The position numbers were made by a program, and so were the translations under genes. Below are positions 1 through 8,720 of a stretch of 64,000 nucleotides of DNA, in pieces. Position 1 is the first letter of the stretch; each line of letters opens with the position of its first letter. The DNA comes from an uncultured Clostridia bacterium. GTDB lineage: Bacteria; Bacillota; Clostridia; Oscillospirales; JAAYOS01. The notes under the pieces are model-generated. The model was not told the origin of the DNA, ran no database searches, and saw only the letters and a program-made list of their open reading frames with translations. The stretch covers positions 48,913-112,912 of the forward strand of contig CANRJS010000004.1 of the NCBI GenBank assembly GCA_947631015.1, written 5' to 3'.

Positions 1-17
1 AGAACGCGGTCGAGGAT

Positions 18-2267
18 ATGGATGCGTACTTCACGCGCAAGCGCGAGGAGGCGGCCACCGCTGCCGAGGCCGCCGCGGCGGAAGCAGCAAAGTCCGCTCC
101 TCCCGCCGCCGAAGCTCCCGCGCCGGAGGCAAAGCAGCCGGAGTCCGGCGCAAAGCCCTCTGCGGAGAAGCCGCAGCAGAAGCCTCAGCAGGAGAAGGCA
201 AAGCAGGATAAGCCGAAGCAGCCGGAAAAGCAGGCCGAGCAGAAACCCTCGGAACCGAAGCAACATACCCCGAAGCCGAAGCGCGAAGTCCGCGTCGTCG
301 ACACGCGCGGCGGCGGAGCGGTCGATCTCTCCAAGTACGACGACCGCGTGGATAAGCTTGTCACCGACCGCGCCCAGCGCATGAGCTCGACCGGCGGCAA
401 GGAGAAGATAAAGCAGAAGTCGGCGGACAACCGCCGTCAGGTCATGGGCGGCGCGAAGCGCCGCGCGGAGGAGCAGGAGAAGATGCGCCGCCTTGCCGCC
501 GCACGCAGCAAGCAGACGCAGCTCAAGGTCAGCATCCCGGACGAGATCTCCGTCGGCGAGCTCGCTTCGCGCCTCAAGAAGACCGGCGCGCAGGTCGTCG
601 GAACGCTCATGCGCCTCGGCGTCATGGCGTCGCTCAGCGAGACTATAGACTTCGACACCGCCTCGCTTGTCGCCATGGAGTTCGGCGCGAAGGTCGAGCA
701 CGAGGTCCACGTCACGATAGAGGAACGGCTCATAGATGTGAGCGAGGACGCGCCGGAGGATCTCGAGCCGCGCAGTCCGGTCGTCGTCGTCATGGGTCAC
801 GTCGACCACGGCAAGACCTCCCTGCTCGACTTCATCAGGAAAACACACGTCACTGCGGGGGAAGCCGGCGGCATCACCCAACACATCGGCGCGTATACCG
901 TCGACTGGAACGGCAACCGCATAACCTTCCTCGACACGCCCGGCCACGCCGCCTTCACCTCGATGCGTATGCGCGGCGCGAACACGACCGACATAGCGAT
1001 ACTCGTTGTCGCGGCGGACGACGGTATCATGCCCCAGACCATCGAGGCGATAAACCACGCCAAGGCCGCGAATATCCCGATAATCGTCGCGATAAACAAG
1101 ATGGATAAGCCGGACGCGAACCCCGACCGCGTCATGCAGCAGCTCACCGAATACGAGCTCGTCCCGGAGGACTGGGGCGGCGACACGATAGTCTGCAAGG
1201 TCTCCGCCGTCACCGGCGAGGGCATAGACAACCTTCTCGAGATGCTGCTTCTCACCGCCGAGATGCGCGAGCTCAAGGCAAACCCGAAGCGCCGCGCGCA
1301 GGGCTCGGTGATAGAGGCGCGGCTTGACAAGGGACGCGGCCCGGTTGCGACGCTGCTTGTGCAGAACGGCACCCTCCGCCAGGGCGACATTATCATCGCC
1401 GGCACGGCGGTGGGACGCGTCCGCGTCATGACCGACCATCGCGGCAAGCGCCTCACCGAGGCGGGACCCTCCACCCCGGTGGAGGTTGCGGGTCTCGCGG
1501 AGGTCCCGGCCGCGGGCGACAGCTTCCACGCCGTCGAGGACGAGAGGATGGCGCGCGAGCTTGCCGCAGAGCGCATAGAGGCCGCCAAGACCGAGGCGAA
1601 CCGCCCCGCCCAGAAGGTCTCGCTCGACGACCTGTTCGAGCAGATAAAGCAGGGCGAGGTCAAGGACCTCAACATCATCGTCAAGGCGGACGTTCAGGGC
1701 TCCGCCGAGGCTCTGAAGGCGTCGCTTGAAAAGCTCTCAAACGACGAGGTGCGCGTCAACATGATCCACACCGGCGTCGGCGCGATAAACGAGAGCGACG
1801 TGCTTCTCGCCTCGACTGCGGGCGCGATAATCGTCGGCTTCAACGTCCGTCCCGACCCGACCGCGGCGGACAACGCCAAGCGCAGCGGCGTCGACGTCCG
1901 CCTGTACCGCGTCATCTACGAGTGCCTTGACGAGATAGAGGCCGCCATGAAGGGACTCCTCGCCCCGAAATACCGCGTCGAGGAACTCGGCCGCGCGGAG
2001 GTACGTCAGGTCTTCCGCGCCTCGAACATCGGCACGGTCGCCGGCAGCTACGTCCTCGACGGCAGGATAGTTCGCGGCACGACGCTCCGTATCGTCCGCG
2101 ACGGCATCGTCGTCCACGAGGGGCCGATGGCCTCCCTCAAGCGCTTCAAGGACGACGTGCGCGAGGTCGCGAGCGGCTACGAGTGCGGCATCAGCATCGA
2201 GAACTTCACCGACATCAAGGAGGGCGACATCATCGAGTCCTTCCGCATGGTCGAGGTGGAAAGATAG
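18..2267 (+). CDS. infB: Translation initiation factor IF-2 (true 5' end may lie upstream of the window; the frame is open back to nt 3)
   Basis: 749-aa ORF with GTPase motifs [21 protein letters not shown]-rich low-complexity N-terminus typical of IF-2. Followed by rbfA and truB as in the conserved infB operon. Confidence 0.95.
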   Translation: MDAYFTRKREEAATAAEAAAAEAAKSAPPAAEAPAPEAKQPESGAKPSAEKPQQKPQQEKAKQDKPKQPEKQAEQKPSEPKQHTPKPKREVRVVDTRGGGAVDLSKYDDRVDKLVTDRAQRMSSTGGKEKIKQKSADNRRQVMGGAKRRAEEQEKMRRLAAARSKQTQLKVSIPDEISVGELASRLKKTGAQVVGTLMRLGVMASLSETIDFDTASLVAMEFGAKVEHEVHVTIEERLIDVSEDAPEDLEPRSPVVVVMGHVDHGKTSLLDFIRKTHVTAGEAGGITQHIGAYTVDWNGNRITFLDTPGHAAFTSMRMRGANTTDIAILVVAADDGIMPQTIEAINHAKAANIPIIVAINKMDKPDANPDRVMQQLTEYELVPEDWGGDTIVCKVSAVTGEGIDNLLEMLLLTAEMRELKANPKRRAQGSVIEARLDKGRGPVATLLVQNGTLRQGDIIIAGTAVGRVRVMTDHRGKRLTEAGPSTPVEVAGLAEVPAAGDSFHAVEDERMARELAAERIEAAKTEANRPAQKVSLDDLFEQIKQGEVKDLNIIVKADVQGSAEALKASLEKLSNDEVRVNMIHTGVGAINESDVLLASTAGAIIVGFNVRPDPTAADNAKRSGVDVRLYRVIYECLDEIEAAMKGLLAPKYRVEELGRAEVRQVFRASNIGTVAGSYVLDGRIVRGTTLRIVRDGIVVHEGPMASLKRFKDDVREVASGYECGISIENFTDIKEGDIIESFRMVEVER

Positions 2268-2361
2268 CTTTACCCGGCGGACGGCTGCGGCCGCCCGCCG
2301 TTTTATCCGGGAACCGTTCGGAGCTCTCCGCGCGGCTTTCCGAAAACTCAGGAGGACATCT

Positions 2362-2745
2362 ATGGCACGAATAGACAGGATAAACGAAGAGATGCGCGCC
2401 GAGCTTGCGCGCCTGCTCCCCTCCCTCAAGGACCCCCGCCTCTCCGGCGGACTTGTGAGCATCACCCGCGTCGACGCCGCCGCCGACCTCTCGAAGGCGA
2501 CGGTATACTTTAGCGTCCTCGGCGGCGACAGGAAGGAGACGGCTCGCGGCTTCCGCTCCGCCTCCGGCTTCATCCGCCGCGAGCTCGCGCACCGGCTCCA
2601 GCTCCGCAACACGCCCGAGCTGTTCTTCAAATACGACGAATCGATAGAGCGCGGCACGCACCTCCTCGAGCTGATGCGCTCGATAGAGCCGTCCGCCCCG
2701 GAGGACGCCGAAGTCGCTCCCGACGAGGACGAAGACGATGAATAA
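2362..2745 (+). CDS. rbfA: Ribosome-binding factor A
   Basis: 127 aa. N-terminal RIDRINEEMRAELARLL and the TPEL.F.YD motif match the RbfA family. RBS AGGAGG 6 nt upstream. Position directly after infB. Confidence 0.9.
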   Translation: MARIDRINEEMRAELARLLPSLKDPRLSGGLVSITRVDAAADLSKATVYFSVLGGDRKETARGFRSASGFIRRELAHRLQLRNTPELFFKYDESIERGTHLLELMRSIEPSAPEDAEVAPDEDEDDE

Positions 2746-3700
2746 GACGATTGCCCTTGCGGAGTGCGCGGAGCGCCTCCGTTCTGCGGACGGTATTCTC
2801 ATCCTAACCCATGGACACCCGGACGGCGACACCATAGGCTCCGGCGCGGCGCTCTGCGCCCTGCTCCGCCGCCTCGGGAAGACGGCGTACCTCTGCCCGA
2901 ACAGCGAGATAACGCCGAAGCTCCGTCCCTTCACCCTCGAATATCTTCCGCCGGAGGACTTCGAGCCCGGATTTGTCTGCGCGGCGGACGTCGCGGACGA
3001 GCATCTGCTCCCTCCCGACATGCGCGAGCGCTTCTCCGGTAAAGTCGCGCTCTGCATCGACCACCACGGCACAAATTCGCTGTACGCCGAGAAGACCTGC
3101 GTCGATGCGGACGCCGCCGCATGTGCGGAACTCATCATCGCGCTCGCAAAAGAGCTTGGCGTGCCGCTCACGCAGGACATCGCCCTGCCCGCCTACCTCA
3201 GTCTCGCGACCGACACAGGATGCTTCCGCTACTCCTCCGTGCGCCCCGCCACGCTCCGCGCGGCGGCGGACGCCGTAGAGAGCGGCATAGACTTCTACTC
3301 CGTCAACCGCGTGTTCTTCGAGACGCGCTCCCGCGCTGCGCTTGCGGCAGAGAGCACGGTGCTCGCAAACACCGAGTTCTTCAGGAACGGAACCGTCGCC
3401 GTCAGCCGCTTTTCGCTTGAGAACGCGGCCTCCACCCGAGCCGACCGCGACGATACGAACAACCTCTCCTCCGTCCTCCGCACGATAGAGGGCGTCGAGC
3501 TCGGCGTCCTGCTCCGCGAGGAGAAGGACGGCTGGAAGGTCTCCGCGCGGAGCGCCCCCGGCGTCGACTCGGCGGCTGTCTGCGCGCGCCTCGGGGGCGG
3601 CGGACATTCCGCCGCCGCCGGCGCGACGATACGCGCGGGCTACGACGACGCGCGCGCGGCACTGCTCCGCGCGATATCGGAGGAGCTCGGAGAGTTATGA
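2738..3700 (+). CDS. nrnA: DHH/DHHA1 family phosphoesterase (NrnA-like oligoribonuclease/pAp phosphatase)
   Basis: 320 aa with HGHPDGDTIGS, CIDHH (DHH motif) and C-terminal GGGGH (DHHA1). Start overlaps the rbfA stop by 8 nt. Confidence 0.8.
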   Translation: MNKTIALAECAERLRSADGILILTHGHPDGDTIGSGAALCALLRRLGKTAYLCPNSEITPKLRPFTLEYLPPEDFEPGFVCAADVADEHLLPPDMRERFSGKVALCIDHHGTNSLYAEKTCVDADAAACAELIIALAKELGVPLTQDIALPAYLSLATDTGCFRYSSVRPATLRAAADAVESGIDFYSVNRVFFETRSRAALAAESTVLANTEFFRNGTVAVSRFSLENAASTRADRDDTNNLSSVLRTIEGVELGVLLREEKDGWKVSARSAPGVDSAAVCARLGGGGHSAAAGATIRAGYDDARAALLRAISEELGEL

Positions 3701-4554
3701 TGCGCAGCGGCATAATAGTTATCGACAAGCCGGAGGGAATATCGAGCGGCGCCGTCGTTGGACGTGTCCGCCGCACCCTCGGCATAAAGCGCGTGGGTCA
3801 TGGCGGGACGCTCGACCCGATGGCCTCCGGCGTCCTGCCGGTGTTTGTCGGACGCGCGACGCGCGCCTCCGGCATGCTCCTCGACGCAGACAAGACCTAC
3901 CGCGCGGGCTTCGTACTCGGCGTCCGCACCGACACGCAGGACACGACCGGCGTCGTTCTCGAGCGCCGCGAGGTCGCGGTCTCCCCGGAGGAGGTCGAGG
4001 CGGCGCTTCGCGGCTTTGTCGGCCGGCAGAAGCAGACGCCGCCGATGTACTCCGCCATAAAGCGGGACGGAAAGAAGCTCTACGAGCTTGCCCGCAAAGG
4101 CGAGGAGGTCGAGCGCGAGCCGCGCGAGATAGAGATATACCATATAAAATACCTCGGCTGTGAGGCGGGCGAGCACCGCATGGAGGTCTCCTGCTCCAAG
4201 GGCACCTACATCCGCACACTTATAGACGACATCGGGCGCGCGCTCGGCGGCGGAGCCGCGATGAGCAGCCTCCGCCGCCTCCGCACGGGACCGTTCTCGC
4301 TCGAGAACGCCGTCCCGCTCGACTCGCTCACGCCGGACACGCCCCTCCTTCCCACCGACTACCTCTGGCGGACGCTGCCGGAGTTCGTCGCCCCGGCGGA
4401 GGCCGAGGCGCGGATACGCTGCGGCGCAAACATCTTTGCGGACATCCCGGACGGCGACTGGCGCGTATTCTCCGAATCCGGCGAGTTTCTGATGCTCGGC
4501 CGCGCTGAGGGACGCATCCTCTCCTGCGTGAAAAATTTCTTTGAGGTGGACTGA
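3697..4554 (+). CDS. truB: tRNA pseudouridine(55) synthase TruB
   Basis: 285 aa with the GHGGTLDPMASGVL catalytic-Asp motif. ATGA start/stop overlap with the upstream gene. Confidence 0.93.
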   Translation: MMRSGIIVIDKPEGISSGAVVGRVRRTLGIKRVGHGGTLDPMASGVLPVFVGRATRASGMLLDADKTYRAGFVLGVRTDTQDTTGVVLERREVAVSPEEVEAALRGFVGRQKQTPPMYSAIKRDGKKLYELARKGEEVEREPREIEIYHIKYLGCEAGEHRMEVSCSKGTYIRTLIDDIGRALGGGAAMSSLRRLRTGPFSLENAVPLDSLTPDTPLLPTDYLWRTLPEFVAPAEAEARIRCGANIFADIPDGDWRVFSESGEFLMLGRAEGRILSCVKNFFEVD

Positions 4555-4555
4555 A

Positions 4556-5437
4556 ATGCGGTATGCTGTCGCACTCGGCTTCTTTGACGGCGTACATATC
4601 GGCCACGCCGCGCTTATACGCCGGACGGCGGCGCTCGCGAAGCGTCTCGGCCTCGAGCCCGCCGTCTGCACCTTCGACCGCTCCCCCGCCTCCGCGCTCG
4701 GAAGAAGCGGCGTGAAGCTGATAAACTCGCTTCCCGACCGGCTTTTGCTCCTCCGCTCGCTCGGCGTAGAGCATATTTTCGTCCTCGACTTCGACGACCG
4801 CCTCCGCTCGACCGAGCCGGAGGACTTTGTGTCGCTCCTCGCATCCAAGTACGACGCCGGCGCGCTCTGCTGCGGCTGGAACTACCGCTTCGGCGCGGAG
4901 GGACGCGGCGACTGCGAGCTTCTTCGGCGCGAGTGCGCGCGCCTCGGTCTCGGCTTCGATATGCAGCCTGCCGTAGACGCAGGCGGCTCGGCGGTGAGCT
5001 CCACCCGAATCCGCGCGCTCCTCGAAAATGGGGACGCGGAGGCGGCGCGCGGGCTTCTCGGCCATCCGCACATCCTCACGGGCGAGGTGCTGCACGGCAA
5101 CGCGCTCGGCAGGACGCTCGGCTTTCCCACGGCGAACCTCCGCGTGCCGGACGGCGTCCTCGCGCCGCGCTACGGCGTCTACGCCGTCCGCGTCCGGCTC
5201 GGGAGTGAGACTTTCGCCGGAATAGCAAACGTCGGCGAGAAGCCGACCGTCGGCAATTACGCCGCCGGCGTCGAGACGAACATCTTCGACTTCGACCGCG
5301 ACATCTACGGCGAGGAGATGACGGTCGAGTTCCTGCACTTTGTCCGCCCCGAGCGGAAGTTCTCCGGGCTCGACGAGCTGCAGGCGCAGGTACTCGCCGA
5401 CCGCGAGGCGGTGCGGCGCAGTCTCGAACGCGAATAG
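4556..5437 (+). CDS. ribF: Bifunctional riboflavin kinase / FMN adenylyltransferase
   Basis: GFFDGVHIGH nucleotidyltransferase motif and a C-terminal riboflavin kinase domain (GFPTANL). I chose ATG 4556 (RBS GAGGTGG 6 nt upstream) over the track's TTG at 4541. Confidence 0.9.
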   Translation: MRYAVALGFFDGVHIGHAALIRRTAALAKRLGLEPAVCTFDRSPASALGRSGVKLINSLPDRLLLLRSLGVEHIFVLDFDDRLRSTEPEDFVSLLASKYDAGALCCGWNYRFGAEGRGDCELLRRECARLGLGFDMQPAVDAGGSAVSSTRIRALLENGDAEAARGLLGHPHILTGEVLHGNALGRTLGFPTANLRVPDGVLAPRYGVYAVRVRLGSETFAGIANVGEKPTVGNYAAGVETNIFDFDRDIYGEEMTVEFLHFVRPERKFSGLDELQAQVLADREAVRRSLERE

Positions 5438-5452
5438 ACGCGATTTCACGCG

Positions 5453-5490
5453 AATATCTCCGAAAACGCGAGCTTTTCGGAGATATTTTC
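5453..5490 (+). terminator. Rho-independent terminator after ribF
   Basis: 14-bp stem AATATCTCCGAAAA / TTTTCGGAGATATT with a 7-nt loop, followed by a T-rich tail. Confidence 0.6.
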
Positions 5491-5607
5491 ATACGGACTT
5501 TTCCTGTCCGCCGCCGTTGTTGTTCATAGCAGTTGCTTATATAGTAAATTTCTGTTACTATATACTCACAACAGTCGATGCCCGAACAAACCGAAAGGAG
5601 CTGCAAG

Positions 5608-6168
5608 ATGAAAAACATCCTGAAACCCCTCCTCCGCGCGCTCCCGCTCGCGCTGATGCTAGCGCTTCTCTGCTGCTCGTGCTTTGCCACCTACGACACG
5701 TCTGCGGAGGTGGACGGCTACACCGTCGACTTTCAAACGGGGCAGATAACCGACGGCGAGAACGTCTACGAGTTCAAATGGAGCGGCGATGAGGACGACG
5801 GCAGCGCGACCGTCACCCTGCCGAACGGACACTACTTCCTGCAAGAGTGGGGTCCTTCCCGCGTAAACGGCGGCATGGGCACCACCACGGTGGACGAGAT
5901 GGATCTGGCGACGACGCTCCCCGACGTCGTGCGCGACGCGCTCCATGCGCGCAAAAATCCCCCTATCCTGCCGCCGCTTCCGTTCATTGTCGCCGGTCTC
6001 GGCGTGCTGCTGATAGCCTATCCCAAAATCTACTGGTACCTCTCCGGCGGTTGGAAGATAAAGGACGCCGAACCGTCGAACGCTTACCTTGCCATAGGCC
6101 GCATCATCGGCGGAATTATCGTCTTTGCCGGAGTTGTCCTGTTTTTTATCAAAATCGGCGGGAGATAA
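5608..6168 (+). CDS. Hypothetical exported/membrane protein (N-terminal signal or lipobox-like LLCCSC, two C-terminal TM helices)
   Basis: ATG 5608 preceded by RBS AAAGGAG. Hydrophobic N-terminus LPLALMLALLCCSCFA and C-terminal hydrophobic stretches. No recognisable domain. Confidence 0.6.
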   Translation: MKNILKPLLRALPLALMLALLCCSCFATYDTSAEVDGYTVDFQTGQITDGENVYEFKWSGDEDDGSATVTLPNGHYFLQEWGPSRVNGGMGTTTVDEMDLATTLPDVVRDALHARKNPPILPPLPFIVAGLGVLLIAYPKIYWYLSGGWKIKDAEPSNAYLAIGRIIGGIIVFAGVVLFFIKIGGR

Positions 6169-6185
6169 TCGCTTGCGCGTCGGCG

Positions 6186-6590
6186 CGAAATGTGCTCGAG
6201 CAATGAATTGCCCTGCGCACCCTTTCGCAATTCCCGCGCGGTCGCCGACCGCGCGGGAGCCCTTTTAATTAACATGCTCGGGGCAAATGAATTGCCCCTG
6301 CGCGATATTGCCTGCGGCAACATCAACCGCGCGAACAGGCGCGGAACAGCGCTACGCGCCGAGTTTTCCGCCTTCGGCGGAAAATCGACGCACGCTCCGC
6401 GAGAGGTGTAAATTTCGACCTACGGTTCGTACAATGTCGGGACGTCGGCGCGAAGCGCCGAGGTCTGATGCGCCCGGTAGAAAGTTGCGGTTCGTAGTCA
6501 GTAGAAGGGCGCATTCGCGCCGCCGAAAATGATTTGAATTTATTTCGCCGCTAACGCGGCGAAACTCTGCGAGGCTGTCGGCGAGCAAAA
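6186..6590 (+). repeat. Intergenic multi-hairpin repeat locus A (half unit, one type-1 unit at 6229-6345, one type-2 unit)
   Basis: Shares the modules AATTCCC-hairpin-GGGAGCCCTT..ATGCTCG-hairpin(loop ATGAA)-TGCGC-hairpin-AACCGCGCGAACAGGCGCGG, TTTTCCGCC-TTCG-GGCGGAAAA and GCGAAACTCTGCGAGGC with loci at 8.3, 12.3, 22.4, 29.3 and 59.3 kb. Confidence 0.85.
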
Positions 6591-6788
6591 CGCCCACCAT
6601 TCCTCTTGCCATGCAGAAAACCCGAACATTCCAAAATTGCCGCACGTTCCGCGCAACGCGCGGCAGTTTTTGTTGTCTATATGTATAGAGAGCTCTTTAC
6701 GCGGCGAAGCCCGTTCCGCAGCCGTTCTTCAACACCCGTTTGAGTCCGTTCCCGGCGGCGCGCGCCGGAAACATGAAAGGAGGCCGCC

Positions 6789-7349
6789 ATGACTGACGAA
6801 GAGATAGTCGCGCTGTACTTCGCGCGCTCGGAGGAAGCCGTCGCCGCAACCGAGCGGCAGTACGGCGCGTACTGCCGCCGCATAGCGCGCACGATACTTC
6901 TTTCCGACGAGGACGCGGACGAGTGCCTCAATGACACTCTGCTCGCCGCATGGCGCTCGATACCTCCGGCAAAGCCCCGGAGCCTCGCCGCCTACCTCGG
7001 ACGGACGGCGCGCAACCTCGCCCTCAACCGCTTCAAGCTGTATTCGGCGCAGAAGCGCGGCGGCAGTGAGACGGCGCTCGCCCTCGACGAGCTCGGCGAC
7101 TGCGTCCCGTCCTCCGGCTCGGTCGAGGAGGAACTGAACGCGGCGCTCCTCTCGGATGCGATATCGCGCTTCCTCCGCGCCGAGCCGGAGGAGAAACGGA
7201 GGGTGTTCGTCCGCCGCTACTGGTACCTCTCCCCTCTCGAGGAGATCGCGGCGGAGTACGGCATGAGCCGCAGCAAACTCACAAGCCTCCTGTACAGGAT
7301 GCGGAAAGACCTGAAGAAATTCCTTGCAAAGGAGGGCTTTCACATATGA
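6789..7349 (+). CDS. RNA polymerase sigma-70 family factor, ECF-type
   Basis: 186 aa with region 2 (CLNDTLLAAWRS) and a region 4 HTH (LSPLEEIAAEYGMSRSKLTSLLYRMRKDL). RBS AAAGGAGG. Confidence 0.85.
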   Translation: MTDEEIVALYFARSEEAVAATERQYGAYCRRIARTILLSDEDADECLNDTLLAAWRSIPPAKPRSLAAYLGRTARNLALNRFKLYSAQKRGGSETALALDELGDCVPSSGSVEEELNAALLSDAISRFLRAEPEEKRRVFVRRYWYLSPLEEIAAEYGMSRSKLTSLLYRMRKDLKKFLAKEGFHI

Positions 7350-8344
7350 AAGAGAACAACAGCGAAGCGATGCTCCGCGCGATAGGCGGCATAGACGACG
7401 ACCTCATACTTTCCGCCGCGCCGGGCGAGCCGAAGCCGCGTCCCGCCCACCGTGTGCGCTTCGTCCGCCGGACGGCGGCGGTGCTCGCGGCGGCGCTGAT
7501 GCTCTCGCTCGCGGGCGTCGGCACGGCGATGGCCGTGAGCGAGGACGTCCGCGAAAGCGTGACCGAGGCCGCCCGAGCCGTCCGAAACGCGGTGCTCCGC
7601 GTCTTCGGCTTCGGCGACCCCGCGCCCGCGAACTCCTCCGACGCACAGAACCGCCGCGACCGCATAGACCGCTCCGACGGCGTCGAACACGCGCGCCTCA
7701 CCGAGCTTCGGAACGAGGCTCAGCTCTGGCTCCGCCAGGAACTCTCCCTCGACGGCGGCATAGACTTTGCCTCAGAGGACTGGTCGGATGCGGACGGCGT
7801 ATACGTCTGCCTGCTCGAACGCCGCCGCGACCCGTCCGCAGGAGAGGCAAGGTCCGAGGGGTACGACTCCCCCGTCCTCGCCGTCGTCGAATGGACGGAG
7901 GACGGCTTCGTCCTCCGCGGTCACACCGGGTTTTCGGAGGCTCCGGACGACGTTGCCGTCGCGGAGACCGAGGACGTCACCGCCGTATTCGGCAGCACCG
8001 CGCCGCTCGACGGCCGCTTTGCGGAACTCACATCCGTCAGCGCCCGGTGCTCGGACGGTTCGGTGCACATCTGCCGGACCTTCGGCGACGGATACTTCTT
8101 CCTTGTCGTGTGGCACACCGAACCGGGCGCGACGCTCGAGCGGATATACGCCTCCGGCGCTCTGAAGGAGCCGGCGACCGTGCCGCATCAGTACGACCGC
8201 ACGCTCGGGCGATACCTCGACGAGACGCAGGTGACCGACGTGACGCTCTGCCGCACCCCCGGCTCGGACACATGGCAGAACTACTGCGCCATAGTCGACG
8301 GCCGCGAGATGTTCTTTGAGCCGTTCATCACACCCGCCCCCTGA
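7346..8344 (+). CDS. Putative anti-sigma factor / single-pass membrane protein
   Basis: Start overlaps the sigma-factor stop (ATGA). Short cytoplasmic N-terminus, one TM helix (AAVLAAALMLSLAGVGTAMA) and an extracytoplasmic region of about 260 aa. No recognisable domain, so the function is inferred from position only. Confidence 0.55.
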   Translation: MKENNSEAMLRAIGGIDDDLILSAAPGEPKPRPAHRVRFVRRTAAVLAAALMLSLAGVGTAMAVSEDVRESVTEAARAVRNAVLRVFGFGDPAPANSSDAQNRRDRIDRSDGVEHARLTELRNEAQLWLRQELSLDGGIDFASEDWSDADGVYVCLLERRRDPSAGEARSEGYDSPVLAVVEWTEDGFVLRGHTGFSEAPDDVAVAETEDVTAVFGSTAPLDGRFAELTSVSARCSDGSVHICRTFGDGYFFLVVWHTEPGATLERIYASGALKEPATVPHQYDRTLGRYLDETQVTDVTLCRTPGSDTWQNYCAIVDGREMFFEPFITPAP

Positions 8345-8657
8345 CGCAATTCCCGCGCGGTCGGCGACCGCGCGGGAGCCCTTCCGATTGAAATGCTCGG
8401 GGCAACTGAATTGCCCCTGCGCAAATTCGGCGCAAAGCGCCGAATTTAACCGCGCGAACCGGCGCGGAGTGCGGCTTCGCCGCGACAGCCTCGCAGAGTT
8501 CGCCGCGTAAGCGGCGAATAGAGTCAAATTCATTTTCGGCGGCGGCGTGTACGTCGCCGAAAATACTTCTCGCGGAGCGCGCGTCGAAGACGGCAACTCC
8601 GTCGAGGCGCGTAGCGCAGCGTTTGCCGTCGGCAAGGCTGCGCCTTATTCGGCGGCC
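8345..8657. repeat. Intergenic multi-hairpin repeat locus B (type-1 unit at 8348-8468 in plus orientation; type-2 unit at about 8470-8657 in minus orientation)
   Basis: Lies between convergent genes. The left half matches loci A, D and E in plus orientation. The right half is the reverse complement of the type-2 module seen at 6346-6590 and 12410-12600. Confidence 0.85.
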
Positions 8658-8716
8658 TCGCGGGAAATTGGTAAGGCGGGCAGACAAAGTCTGCCCGCCT
8701 TACCAATTTCCCGCGA
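8658..8716. terminator. 28-bp perfect-stem hairpin between convergent genes (bidirectional terminator candidate; part of the repeat family)
   Basis: TCGCGGGAAATTGGTAAGGCGGGCAGAC-AAA-GTCTGCCCGCCTTACCAATTTCCCGCGA. Begins 5 nt from the CDF stop codon. A/T runs on both sides. Confidence 0.7.
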
Positions 8717-8720
8717 AAAC

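Noticed and set aside
2275-2312. Imperfect hairpin CGGCGGACGGC..GCCGCCCGCCG plus TTTTA between infB and rbfA, a possible internal attenuator.
   Set aside because: The stem contains a mismatch and the T-run is short. rbfA is normally co-transcribed with infB, so the evidence is too weak to call.
6190-6411. Small ORFs with similar peptides (..NELPCAPFRNS.., ..PFRLKCS.., ..NRANRRG..) at 6190-6411, 8316-8510, 22429-22611, 59340-59558, 59387-59617 and 59397-59756.
   Set aside because: The similarity comes from the DNA repeat modules. The frames are interrupted or shifted wherever hairpin stems vary. The ORFs occur on either strand relative to the element, and none has an RBS.
7324-8319. 331-aa extremely Arg-rich plus-strand ORF. 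Similar Arg/Gly-rich ORFs lie at 48244-49491 and 24810-25646.
   Set aside because: These are alternative frames of real genes (the anti-sigma candidate, murA and the 523-aa protein). Extreme RRRR/RGRG composition is characteristic of off-frame translation of GC-rich DNA.
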